A DNA stretch of 64,000 nt from Candidatus Pacearchaeota archaeon (GTDB lineage: Archaea > Nanobdellota > Nanobdellia > Pacearchaeales > GW2011-AR1): positions 128,817 to 192,816 of the forward strand of contig JBAZYP010000001.1 of assembly GCA_041659265.1 (NCBI GenBank). The letters run 5' to 3'. Shown piece by piece: positions 9,233-19,000 of the stretch. Position 1 is the first letter of the stretch; each line of letters opens with the position of its first letter. A program made the position numbers and the translations under genes. The notes under the pieces were generated by a model that saw only the letters and a program-made list of their open reading frames with translations, searched no databases and was not told where the DNA came from.

Positions 9233-10243
9233 ATGGGAGGATGTTATAATGGGAGTTATAAATATGCAAAATCAGAAGCAGTAGAAAAACCAAAAGTATC
9301 AAATGATTTTAAGAAAAATTTAAGAAGTTATTTCAAAGATCATCAAATGAGTCAGTTTATTTCAGCCTACAAAGGTTATTTTGAATCAAAGCCGTCAGGT
9401 TTTATTCTTGAAGTAGCAAAAAATGCAGGAATAACAGATGCTAAAGATATTCCTAAGGAGTTTCCTGAAATTGAATATGAAGTTAAATTTGATGTAAGGC
9501 TAAAAGGAAAGGGAGATGAACCTAGTATTGTAGAATATATGGATGCATTTGAATTTCCATGTGGAAGAAATACAAGATTTTTCAAAGATCCTATGAATAC
9601 TTTTGCAGAAGGTGTAAATAATTTTTATGGAAATAATTTAGATGAAAGATTAGTTGTAATAGAAAAAGGGAATGGACTTTTTTTAAAAGAAAAAGGATTA
9701 GTTACTCCTGTTCAAAGTGATATGCCTTATAGCGAGATAGTGATTAAAAGGAGTGAATTAAGATATCCTGCTTCTTTTGAAGAAGTAGAAAGAAAAGTAA
9801 CAGAAGTTTGCAAGGAAAGTGGCGTTAAGTACAGAGGTAAAATTAGAAAAGAAAAAGGAGATTTTTTTGTTCTTGATTCAAATGATGGAAGAATATATTC
9901 TTTTAGTTTTACTAGAGCTCATTTAATAAAACCTGGGAAAAAAGAAGAATCTGGAATTCAGAGGCAATTAGAAATAGAATATGCAGGTTATATACCTGGT
10001 GTAGGTAAAATTAATGTAGGTTCTGAAGAGGAAATTGTTTCAGGAATGATAGATAATGCCAGATATACGTATGGGTTGTACAGTAGCTCGCCTGTAAAAG
10101 ATGGTTGGAGAATGAATCTTTTGGTAACTAATGAACGAAAGTATGATTTTATTGTTGGAAAGGATAAAATGAATCTTGAAAATAGAATAACTTTACCTGC
10201 AATAATAAGTACAACTGGAAGAAAAAATCCTCGTTTAAATTAA
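9233..10243 (+). CDS. CYTH-like (triphosphate tunnel metalloenzyme-like) protein, tentative
   Basis: An ExExK-type motif (EIEYEVKFDV), later K/R-x-K strands (LFLKEKG, KIRKEKGDFFVLD) and an ExE strand (QLEIEYAGY) occur in the order expected for a CYTH barrel. This is by-eye evidence only. Confidence 0.4.
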   Translation: MGGCYNGSYKYAKSEAVEKPKVSNDFKKNLRSYFKDHQMSQFISAYKGYFESKPSGFILEVAKNAGITDAKDIPKEFPEIEYEVKFDVRLKGKGDEPSIVEYMDAFEFPCGRNTRFFKDPMNTFAEGVNNFYGNNLDERLVVIEKGNGLFLKEKGLVTPVQSDMPYSEIVIKRSELRYPASFEEVERKVTEVCKESGVKYRGKIRKEKGDFFVLDSNDGRIYSFSFTRAHLIKPGKKEESGIQRQLEIEYAGYIPGVGKINVGSEEEIVSGMIDNARYTYGLYSSSPVKDGWRMNLLVTNERKYDFIVGKDKMNLENRITLPAIISTTGRKNPRLN

Positions 10244-10247
10244 TAAA

Positions 10248-10868
10248 ATGAATAATTTAATTTTTTTATCTGGTCCGCATGGTTCTGGAAAAACAACTTT
10301 AGCTGATTTAATACAAAGAGAAAATCCTGAAGTTATTGTACCAGAATTAGTTATGCGGATCAGAAAATTTTATTCTGAAGTTCCTGAGAATGAAATCGAT
10401 GATTTTCATAGACAAACATTAAAGAATTGCCAGAGAGCTATTGAAAATCATGAATATTTATGCATAGCTAGAGAAAATCCAAATAAAATAATATTAGCGA
10501 ATAGATGTATTTATGATGTAGAGACATATTCAAAAGCTTTTGAAAAACTTGGATGGGTTAATGAAACTCAAAGGAAAATACTTGTTGAAAATTCAAGATA
10601 TTTATATGGCAGTTTACAATCACCAAATGCTATTTTATTAAATCCAGGTGTTGATACCTGTAAAATGCATTTGGAAAATAGGTGGAAAACCAAAAAGAAG
10701 AAATTTAAAGAAACTGATATTAAATATTTGAGTGCAGTTTGCAATGAATTTGAAAGTTATAGAGAAAATTCTAATGTTTATTATATTGATAGAGAAATTA
10801 ATTTAGAAGATAAAGAACAAGTTAATAACATCTATTCTTGGATAAGAAATAAAAATGAGGGAAAATAG
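10248..10868 (+). CDS. P-loop kinase, deoxynucleoside-kinase-like
   Basis: The Walker A motif is SGPHGSGKTT. ANRCIYDVETYS resembles the dNK ERS motif, and there is a basic LID-like segment LENRWKTKKKK. Confidence 0.5.
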   Translation: MNNLIFLSGPHGSGKTTLADLIQRENPEVIVPELVMRIRKFYSEVPENEIDDFHRQTLKNCQRAIENHEYLCIARENPNKIILANRCIYDVETYSKAFEKLGWVNETQRKILVENSRYLYGSLQSPNAILLNPGVDTCKMHLENRWKTKKKKFKETDIKYLSAVCNEFESYRENSNVYYIDREINLEDKEQVNNIYSWIRNKNEGK

Positions 10869-11250
10869 TTTTTTTTATATTCCTGAAGATTTTTCTCCTG
10901 AAGAATTTTTTAATAGAATAATAGATGATTATGTTAATTTTAATAAGAAATATTTATGGCAACAAGAACATCATATTTTAGCCGATATTTTTCCAAAATC
11001 TTCATCCATAAGGGGAATGTATCTTAATCCTGTTATTGAAGGATATTGTGTTTTTGAGTTAAATTCTTATGATAAATTATTAATTTACTCAAGAAATGAG
11101 ATAGTAATATCTGGAAGTCTAGCTATAGCTGGATTTGGTAAAAAAAGAGATTCATGCAAAAAAGAACTTGAGAAAATTGCTGGAATAAAATTAAGAAAGT
11201 TAACTAAAAAAGAAATAGAAATTAAAGATTTGGATTATTATTCATATTAA
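10855..11250 (+). CDS. hypothetical protein (last gene of the P-loop/CYTH operon)
   Basis: The ORF overlaps the upstream gene by 14 nt. I recognise no motif. Confidence 0.45.
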   Translation: MRENSFFYIPEDFSPEEFFNRIIDDYVNFNKKYLWQQEHHILADIFPKSSSIRGMYLNPVIEGYCVFELNSYDKLLIYSRNEIVISGSLAIAGFGKKRDSCKKELEKIAGIKLRKLTKKEIEIKDLDYYSY

Positions 11251-12302
11251 TTTAAAACTTCTTTTTCTACTTCTATTCCGTCAAAGGTTGGGAATTCTTC
11301 AACAAGATAAACCTTAAATAAATCATTGTTAATAATTTTTCTTGCTAGTTCTTGAGATAAGATAATACGATTCTTTTTTTTATCAATATAAAATTTACCT
11401 TTAATAGATTTTGAAATAATATTTAATTCTTTTTTACTTTTAACATATATTGCAAGATAGTTTACTAGGCCTTCTTTGGATTTTTTACCAAATGGTAGAA
11501 TATTATGCAGTTTTAATCTATTCATAAATTGATAATTATTTTTTAATTCTGCTGTACAAACATGAAGATTTAATTTTATTTTCCTTTTTTTTAATTCATT
11601 TAATAACCAAATTCCTGATTTTATTGAATCTTTAATAGTATAACCTCCTTGATTTAAATTGTATTTTTGGGATACTATCTCTATATTAGTTTCTGATAGT
11701 TCAAACTCATTGAAATTGGCAAATCCAATATATGGAGAAACTTTAATTATGAAATCAAGGATTTCTTTTTTCTTATTGGGTATCATTGGAAGTTCAACAC
11801 CTATATTTTCTTTTTTATAAAATAAAGAAACTTGCTTGATTTTTTCAATATCTTGATTCATTAATTCTTTATTCGGATTACATAAAAATTCTGGATGAAA
11901 CCGAACTTCATCAATATAATGAGATAATTTTTTTATTTTATCATTTGTAAGAAGTTTTGTTGGAAGGTATATATGAATATGAAATTTTTTCCCAAATTTA
12001 TTTTTTAATGCTTTTGCATATTTTATTGTTCTATTTAGATATAATAATGGATCTCCTCCGGTTATACCTGCTGAAGTTGCATTACTTTCTAATGCTTCAA
12101 TTATTGCATTTTTAGGAGATTTACATATTTTTTCATTTGCATAGATAACATCTATATTTTTTCTTTTATTTGAAAGCGAACAATAGGAACAATTTCTTGA
12201 ACAATATCCTGAAATAAATAAAACTAATTTTTCACCTTTTACACAATATTTGCATCCCTTCGCAATGTCATTTGTATAATATGAAGAATATTTTGATTTC
12301 AT
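11247..12302 (-). CDS. radical SAM protein (COG2108-like, PFL-activase related)
   Basis: It carries the CxxxCxxC cluster motif CSRNCSYCS near the N-terminus plus a GGDPLL motif. Confidence 0.75.
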   Translation of the reverse strand: MKSKYSSYYTNDIAKGCKYCVKGEKLVLFISGYCSRNCSYCSLSNKRKNIDVIYANEKICKSPKNAIIEALESNATSAGITGGDPLLYLNRTIKYAKALKNKFGKKFHIHIYLPTKLLTNDKIKKLSHYIDEVRFHPEFLCNPNKELMNQDIEKIKQVSLFYKKENIGVELPMIPNKKKEILDFIIKVSPYIGFANFNEFELSETNIEIVSQKYNLNQGGYTIKDSIKSGIWLLNELKKRKIKLNLHVCTAELKNNYQFMNRLKLHNILPFGKKSKEGLVNYLAIYVKSKKELNIISKSIKGKFYIDKKKNRIILSQELARKIINNDLFKVYLVEEFPTFDGIEVEKEVLN

Positions 12303-12341
12303 TATGATTTAATGGGCTATTTGATTTAATAGATTATTGTA

Positions 12342-12355
12342 AAAGTTTATAAATA
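12342..12355 (+). promoter_or_regulatory. BRE/TATA promoter (aaagtttataaata) of the 12382 gene
   Basis: It lies about 30 nt upstream of the ATG. The same attgt(a)taaaagtttataaat string precedes the paralog at 13800. Confidence 0.45.
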
Positions 12356-12381
12356 TAAATGTTCTTATTAAATTAAGAAAA

Positions 12382-12726
12382 ATGGTGAATATAAATTTAA
12401 AAATTGATAATCGTTTACTTTATCTGATAAGTTTTTTATTTATAATTATATTAATAACGGGATTTACTTATGCATATAATTCAAATCCTGCGGTTCCTTC
12501 TAATTTTGGACATAGTATGGATGAAATTGAAGGATTGGGTTCTTTAACCTCAAATGTTGAATTTGTAAGGAATAGTTATACTACCTTACATAATACTGGA
12601 GATATTTGGACTAGTTGTGCAAGAAAAGTTAATGATAATCTTCCAGCAGGTTACTCTTTTTGTTTAATAGAATCTGTTGAATTTGATGGGACTAATTGTT
12701 TATGTTCTAGAGTTTGTATGAAATAG
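12382..12726 (+). CDS. small secreted or membrane-anchored Cys-containing protein, paralog of 13800..14273
   Basis: It shares about 50 N-terminal aa with the 13800 product (MV..N....NR.LY.I...II...YAYN.N...P...GHS..EIE). The C-terminus is divergent and has 5 Cys. Confidence 0.55.
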   Translation: MVNINLKIDNRLLYLISFLFIIILITGFTYAYNSNPAVPSNFGHSMDEIEGLGSLTSNVEFVRNSYTTLHNTGDIWTSCARKVNDNLPAGYSFCLIESVEFDGTNCLCSRVCMK

Positions 12727-12839
12727 GTTGTTTTAATTTGATTTTATTTTAGAAGTTTATTAAATTCTTATAGAAAGGTTTAAAAATAGGTTTTGATATT
12801 ATTTATTTGTCTTCTGGTGCGATTAATTATAGGAAATAT

Positions 12840-13409
12840 ATGAATAATAGAAAGAATGCTAAGAAAGAATTTGCACCAAATATATGTTTAGAATGTGTTA
12901 AAAAAGATAGCGGATGTTGTAGTAGTTACCCGTTTATTCCTTTAACAATAAAAGATATTGAACGAATAAAGAAATTAGGATATAAATTGGAAGATTTTGT
13001 ATTAGTTCAAAAATATAGAAAAAATATGATAGATACTTCTGAAAAATGGTGGGCTGATGGATTTGTTAATCATGATAAAAAAAAATATAAGTTGACTGTA
13101 AAAAAGAAGAAGGATAATAGTTGTGTATTTTTAAAACAAGGAAAAGGGTGTACTTTAGGAAAAAATAGGCCCTTTGTTTGTAAGATTTATCCATTTTGGG
13201 TTGATTCTAAAGGTAAAGTTATATATGAAAGAGATGAAGAAAAAGATTGTCTTTTAGGAAAAAGAAATGTACCTATAAAACATGCAGTTGAAATGATAGG
13301 TGAAAAAAGAAAATTAATTAAAAAATATAGAAAGGAGATAAGAAAGGATTGCATTGAAAATTTGGATAAATCAAAGATTTTAGTGTGTTCTATGATAAAA
13401 CAAAGATGA
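12840..13409 (+). CDS. YkgJ/UPF0153-like cysteine-cluster (Fe-S or Zn) protein
   Basis: It has the CLECVKKDSGCC cluster and additional Cys later. The track start at 12807 is TTG; the first ATG is at 12840. Confidence 0.55.
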   Translation: MNNRKNAKKEFAPNICLECVKKDSGCCSSYPFIPLTIKDIERIKKLGYKLEDFVLVQKYRKNMIDTSEKWWADGFVNHDKKKYKLTVKKKKDNSCVFLKQGKGCTLGKNRPFVCKIYPFWVDSKGKVIYERDEEKDCLLGKRNVPIKHAVEMIGEKRKLIKKYRKEIRKDCIENLDKSKILVCSMIKQR

Positions 13410-13687
13410 GAACTAGAAAAATAGATAAAATTTTAGAGAATAGAATTGTTTTTTTATTGTTTAAGGACATGGATTTAAGATTGCAAACTTTACCATTAAA
13501 TGGAGCTAGTATCCACAAAAGAGAATCTGTAAGATGCGCTTATGTTTTTAGAATGGATAGATATGAAATGGGAAGTTGTCCATTAACAGAGACTTTTGGC
13601 GATTTAAAAGAAAGAGATAAGTCTGATTATGATAGTTGTGTTAGATTAATAGAAGAAACTAAAAAATATTTTAAATTAAATCCTTAA
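13406..13687 (+). CDS. hypothetical protein
   Basis: The ATG at 13406 overlaps the upstream stop as ATGA, which suggests translational coupling. I recognise no motif. Confidence 0.4.
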   Translation: MRTRKIDKILENRIVFLLFKDMDLRLQTLPLNGASIHKRESVRCAYVFRMDRYEMGSCPLTETFGDLKERDKSDYDSCVRLIEETKKYFKLNP

Positions 13688-13758
13688 GAAAAATATTTGG
13701 AATAATAGAAAAATTTTTAAGAAATGTTTTGTTTTTATTTTAATAAATATAATTGTAT

Positions 13759-13773
13759 AAAAGTTTATAAATT
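13759..13773 (+). promoter_or_regulatory. BRE/TATA promoter (aaaagtttataaatt) of the 13800 gene
   Basis: It has the same sequence and spacing as the promoter at 12342. Confidence 0.45.
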
Positions 13774-13799
13774 GGAATTGTTTTATAAATTAAATAAAG

Positions 13800-14273
13800 A
13801 TGGTGAAATTTAATATTCATGTAAGTAATAGGATTCTTTATACTATTTTAACGATATTAATTATTGTAGGAATTGGGCAGATAGTTTATGCATATAATAC
13901 TAATAATGCTAATCCTATATCTATGGGTCATAGTTTAAATGAAATAGAAATGCCTCCTGGATGTTTAGCTGGTCAAGCATTAATAAGAAATCCTTCAAAT
14001 AATGGATGGATTTGTAGTGGTTCAGGAAGTGGAAGTGGTCAATGTTTTGTTAATCATGTAACTCTTGCGACTATCGATCAGCCTAGTGGTACAGTTTGTA
14101 CTTGCCCTCAAGGTTGGTCTAAACCTGATCTTTCTGGAGCTGAAGAGCTTGGTGTTATTCATTATTGTGCTTGGTCTAATTGTTTGGGTGGTCAGCATAG
14201 ACCGCTTGGTATGGGTTGTGCAGCTGGGGAATGTGATCAAATTGTTGGAAAGGCTTGTCTTTGTTGTCGTTGA
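13800..14273 (+). CDS. small secreted Cys-rich protein (12 Cys), paralog of 12382..12726
   Basis: The N-terminal leader/anchor is conserved. A GSGSGSG linker follows, then a Cys-rich C-terminal domain encoded by a visibly GC-richer patch. Confidence 0.6.
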   Translation: MVKFNIHVSNRILYTILTILIIVGIGQIVYAYNTNNANPISMGHSLNEIEMPPGCLAGQALIRNPSNNGWICSGSGSGSGQCFVNHVTLATIDQPSGTVCTCPQGWSKPDLSGAEELGVIHYCAWSNCLGGQHRPLGMGCAAGECDQIVGKACLCCR

Positions 14274-14491
14274 TTGATTATATAATAAAAATATAAGATA
14301 TAGAGAATAAATAAGTTATATATTCATATTTTAGTTTTGCTTGTTAAATTAATCGAATTTCTATTATTTAGCTTATATTTGTTTTTTAATGTTTAAACAT
14401 AAGGAAATTAAATTTATTATCAAATTAGACCCCCTCTAGAATTTTTGGAATAGTGGAAAAATTTTTAAATGATGAAAAAATCTATTTAATT

Positions 14492-15184
14492 ATGAAAAAG
14501 CAATTATCGTATATTAATGAACAAGAAAAAACTCAAGAATTTTTTAAGAAAGTTTATTTATGGATGTTTTTAGGTTTATTAGTTTCATCTATTGTTGCAT
14601 ATATTGTACCTAATCAATTCAAGTCTTTTTCACTCTTATTATTTAGTAATGATTGGATTTATCTATTTACTTTTTTAGCTTATATTGGTTTTATATGGTT
14701 TTTATCTGCTAGAATAATGAAATTATCTTATAATACTGGGATAGTTTTATTTTTTGTTCAAGCAATTTTAATGGGATTATTATTTTCTTCGATATTTTTA
14801 GTTTTTGAAATGAGTTCAATAGCTTTAATATTTTTTATAACTGCTGTAATTTTTGGCCTATTATCTTTATTTGGATATTTTACAAAAATGGATTTATCAG
14901 GATTAGGACCTGTTCTTTTTGTGGGTTTAATAGGTATAATAATTATTACAATAATAAATATTTTTATGAAGAATAGTTTTGTTGATATGTTTATATCAAT
15001 TATTGCTGTTTTGATATTTATTGGATTTACTGCTTATGATAATTATATGTTAAAAAAGATAGTAAAGAATGAAAACCATCAAGATACTCTTAATAAACTA
15101 GCAATACTAGGAGCTTTAGCATTATTTTTAGATTATATTAATCTATTTTTAAATTTATTAAGCCTTTTTGGTGATAGAAAATAA
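14492..15184 (+). CDS. Bax inhibitor-1/YccA family membrane protein
   Basis: It has seven hydrophobic segments and an N-terminal FFKKVYLWMFLGLL signature typical of the BI-1/YccA family. The track start at 14453 is GTG; the ATG is at 14492. Confidence 0.8.
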   Translation: MKKQLSYINEQEKTQEFFKKVYLWMFLGLLVSSIVAYIVPNQFKSFSLLLFSNDWIYLFTFLAYIGFIWFLSARIMKLSYNTGIVLFFVQAILMGLLFSSIFLVFEMSSIALIFFITAVIFGLLSLFGYFTKMDLSGLGPVLFVGLIGIIIITIINIFMKNSFVDMFISIIAVLIFIGFTAYDNYMLKKIVKNENHQDTLNKLAILGALALFLDYINLFLNLLSLFGDRK

Positions 15185-15215
15185 ATTAAGATTTTTTTAA
15201 TTTTATTAATTAAAC

Positions 15216-15388
15216 TATAATTCTATAATTGTACCTTTCTTTCCAACAGATATAACTTTAGTTTTTCCTATCTTTTCTGTAAGACCTTCTTAATTTGCTT
15301 CGCAAGAATAAATTTATAATTCTATAATTGTACCTTTCTTACCAACGGATATAACTTTGGTTTTACCTATTTTTTCTGTTAAACCTTC
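15216..15388. repeat. degenerate tandem duplication (about 74 bp, 7 mismatches, period 99 bp) of the 3' end of the metallophosphoesterase gene
   Basis: tataattctataattgtacctttctt... at 15216 (non-coding copy) matches the real gene tail at 15315. Confidence 0.8.
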
Positions 15389-15931
15389 GGCTTCATGGAT
15401 ATGACCTGAAAGAAATAAATCAGGTTGGAATCTTTCAATAGCTTTTCTTAAAGCATGACTTCCTTCTATACCCGAAAACTCTGATTTTGTTCCAGCTGCA
15501 TGAAGATGACTAACCATAATCTTTTTTTCTAAATCTTTTATTTTATCAAAATCTTTTTTTAATTTTTCATAGGTTTTTGTTTCATTTAATTCTAATTGCC
15601 AATCTGGACTTCCAATTCCAAAAACTCCGACATTATCATAAACTGCATATTTTTTACTTAAGTTTTTTATTCCATACAATTGTGACATGAATTCAATAGT
15701 TTCAGAAGAATCCCAATTACCTGGAACAAAGACCACTCTTTCTCCTTTATCTATAAATGGTTTAAGAAGATTTTTTGTATCAATTGGACTAGTTATATCT
15801 CCAGTAAGTATAACTAAATCTACTTTTTCCCTATAAGCTTTATCTGCAAGTTTTTTTGTTGCAGCTGAATCTCCATGGAAATCTCCTGCTGCTAAAATTT
15901 TAAATTTTCTTTTTTTATTTTGATTTGTCAT
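15314..15931 (-). CDS. calcineurin-like metallophosphoesterase
   Basis: The motifs GDFHGD, GDITS, GNWD, SHLH and GHIHE occur in canonical order. Confidence 0.8.
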   Translation of the reverse strand: MTNQNKKRKFKILAAGDFHGDSAATKKLADKAYREKVDLVILTGDITSPIDTKNLLKPFIDKGERVVFVPGNWDSSETIEFMSQLYGIKNLSKKYAVYDNVGVFGIGSPDWQLELNETKTYEKLKKDFDKIKDLEKKIMVSHLHAAGTKSEFSGIEGSHALRKAIERFQPDLFLSGHIHEAEGLTEKIGKTKVISVGKKGTIIEL

Positions 15932-16002
15932 TTTAATAATCTAGTTATCATAATAGGTATAAGCTTTATTAATCTTACTTACTATTGAGATTTTATAAAA
16001 AG

Positions 16003-19000
16003 ATGGTGGAAATACCGATAATTAATGTGGAAGTACCTAAGCTCGAATATCTTGTTTGGGGTGATAAGTATGATAAGAAAAAGGATAAGAAGAAAATCTA
16101 TAAGATTTTAGCTTATCTAGCTATTATTGCTGCATTAATTATATTTTTTAGATTTGCCCTTTTAGCTTATTTGTATATAGCTAATTTACCTAAAATAAAT
16201 AGTTATGATGCAAATATAGAAAGGATAGCTTTAAGTGATGACGGAAAGCAAGCTTATATTAAATTAACTGGTGGAAATTCTAAAGAGATTGAATCTATTA
16301 AATTTATATTTAGAACAAATGAATCAGAATATATTTATGAAACAACAGATGGGATTAAAGAAATAACCTATGAAGATAAGAGATTTTTAACTTACTTTGC
16401 TAATCCTGAATATGAAGGAAGTTATGATTATTCTATTAAATCAGGTGATATTGGACTTGAGGATTTTAGAGGAATAATCAAAGTTGAAGTTTTGATTAGA
16501 TATAAAGATGAAAAAAGTGGGGAGATAAAAGAAACAAAGATTGTTGATAGTACAAAAAAATCAGATATAAAAGTTGTTAGTGGTGGATATAGCGGAGGAG
16601 GTGGATCAAGTGGGGGATCAGGAGGAGGAAGTGGTGGGGGTGATAATAATCCGACTTGTACTCCTAGTTGTTCTGGAAAAAATTGTGGTGATAATGGGTG
16701 TGGAGGAACTTGCGGAATATGTAATGATAATAATGAATGTACAGATGAAAGTTGTAATTCAGGAAGTTGCTCATTTGTAAATAAAAGTGATGGAAGTATA
16801 TGTTCATCTGGAACATGCAAATCTGGAAGATGCGTATCTTGTCAATCGGATTCTGAATGCAATGATAATATTAATTGTACGACTGATAAATGCACTTTAG
16901 GAAGATGCGAGATTACAACAAATAATAATCTATGTACTAATGGAAATATTTGTGATAGATTTTATGGATGTGTTCCTGAAATTCATATTACTCAAGAATG
17001 GCTTAATAGCAAGGGAAAAAGTCCATATTATTTAGATACTGCTGGAGCTAAATATATACTTGAAACTGATGTTGTAACAAATGGAACCGCGTTTAAGATT
17101 ATAGCTAAAGGTATAACTTTTGATCTAAATAGTTATACTATTATTTATGATGATTTTGAATCTGGAGTTCAAAATTCTGGTTTTGAAGAAAGTGATTCAA
17201 ATGATCCTACAATTCCATTAGGTTGGAATCTTTCATTAGCCCCTTCTGCAAGAAGAGTATCTAATCTTAATATTCACCTGATAGATTATTATCATCTTGA
17301 ATTTGTAAATGCTAAAAATGGAGAGGAAATAATATCTTCATGGACAAATTTGCCAAATAAGGGTAAATTAATGTTATATCTTGGAAGTGATCTTGCAAAT
17401 ATGAAACCTTTGCCTAATTACATTGTTAATATTGAATATGAAAATGGAACAGTTTTATATTCTTTGAATTTTAATAATTCTTTAGATTTTTATGAAATTG
17501 ATGCTTTTCCTTATTCAGGAAAGTATAGACTTAGATTGAAAATATTAAATGCAGAGCAACTTAATTGGTCAAGTTATCCATATCTCCCACCAAAAGGTGT
17601 AATTCCAATAGACGAATTAAATATTAAACCTCATAATAATTTTGGTATAGATCTAAGATTTAATAATCAAAACACTAAGATTTTAAATGGAAAGATAATT
17701 CAAGGGAAAGGTGGAGGACCTAGAAATCCGGCTATATATTGCAGTGGTTCCGCTATATATAATAATCTTGAAATATCCACTAATGGTCCGGATAGTGTTG
17801 CTATAGAATGTGGATATTCTTCCAATGTAACTCTCTCAAATTCAAAAATTAATGGTGGAAGTTCATTTAAGTTTAATAGACATCAAATTTCTGCAGCTTT
17901 AGATTTTGGCAGTACTAATAATATCTTTATTTTTAATAATAATATTTCAACTGAAAAAGGTTATGGAGGATTACAATTAAGTGGAGGAAGTAATTATTAT
18001 ATCTATAATAATAAATTTATTTCTAGATCAACTTTAGTAAATCATCATGCAATTGTGATTTATCAGGGGCAATATTCAGAAATTTATAATAATAACATAA
18101 TAGCTGATCCTGGTCAAGGTATATTAATTAGTGGATCTTCTAATAATCATAATGTTTTTAACAATAATATTACTATTTTAAAATCTGCACCAGGACCGTT
18201 TCAAGGATTTTTTAGTCTTGATGCATTTAGAACAAATGATTATGGTTGTTGTAACTCAAATATAACTTTTCATAATAATAATATTTTAGTTTATGGAAAA
18301 GTAGATGAGTTTTATTCTGGAATGTCAACAACAGTTAATGGAATTTGCAATAATGCAAATGGAGAGAATATAAGTTATTCTAATAATTATATAAAAGCAA
18401 TACAATTAGATCAAAATGTAAATACATGGGGGATGGAACCCGGTTCTGGTTATCAAGGAAATCAGGTTCTTATTAATAACAATACTTTTGAGAGTAATTA
18501 TAGAAATATTGTATTTGTTGGTTATCCCTCAATTTCTTTAAATAATAGATTTATATCAAATACTTTTATAAAAAATATAGATTATCCAAGTTCAAATTAT
18601 GCTACTATTGGATCTGCAAGATGTTATGTTAGTGGAGGATTACGTTGTGTTGATAATACTAGATTTATAGATTCAAAATTTTTAAATGGAGCATCATTTG
18701 CAAACTTAGATAAAAAATGGTCTAATTATTCATTTTATATTGATTGGATTCTTAATTTAGTTATTAAAGATAATTCTTTAAATCCAATTAATGAGGCGAA
18801 TATTAATATTTTTGATAAGAATGGCAAATTAGTATTTAATGGATCTAGTGATAGTCATGGAAATCTTAATAATATTCTCTTAAATGAATATAATATTTAT
18901 GGTGCTTATTCAAATAGTTTCAACAATTATTCATCGCCATATATTATTTCAATTTCAAAATTTGGATATGAAACTTTTTCTTTTGAATTAAATCTTAATC

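Noticed and set aside
9376-9585. 69-aa minus-strand ORF inside the CYTH-like gene
   Set aside because: It is an antisense shadow ORF.
14022-14277. Two extra ORFs (14022..14240 - and 14065..14277 +) overlapping the Cys-rich gene
   Set aside because: They are open only because the local GC-rich composition removes AT-rich stop codons. The conserved leader and promoter define the real frame.
16428-16820. ORFs 16428..16820 (-) and 16574..16780 (+) inside the 16003 surface-protein gene
   Set aside because: They are shadow ORFs in the Gly/Cys-rich, GC-richer segment, and their products are P/L-rich or V/E-rich nonsense.
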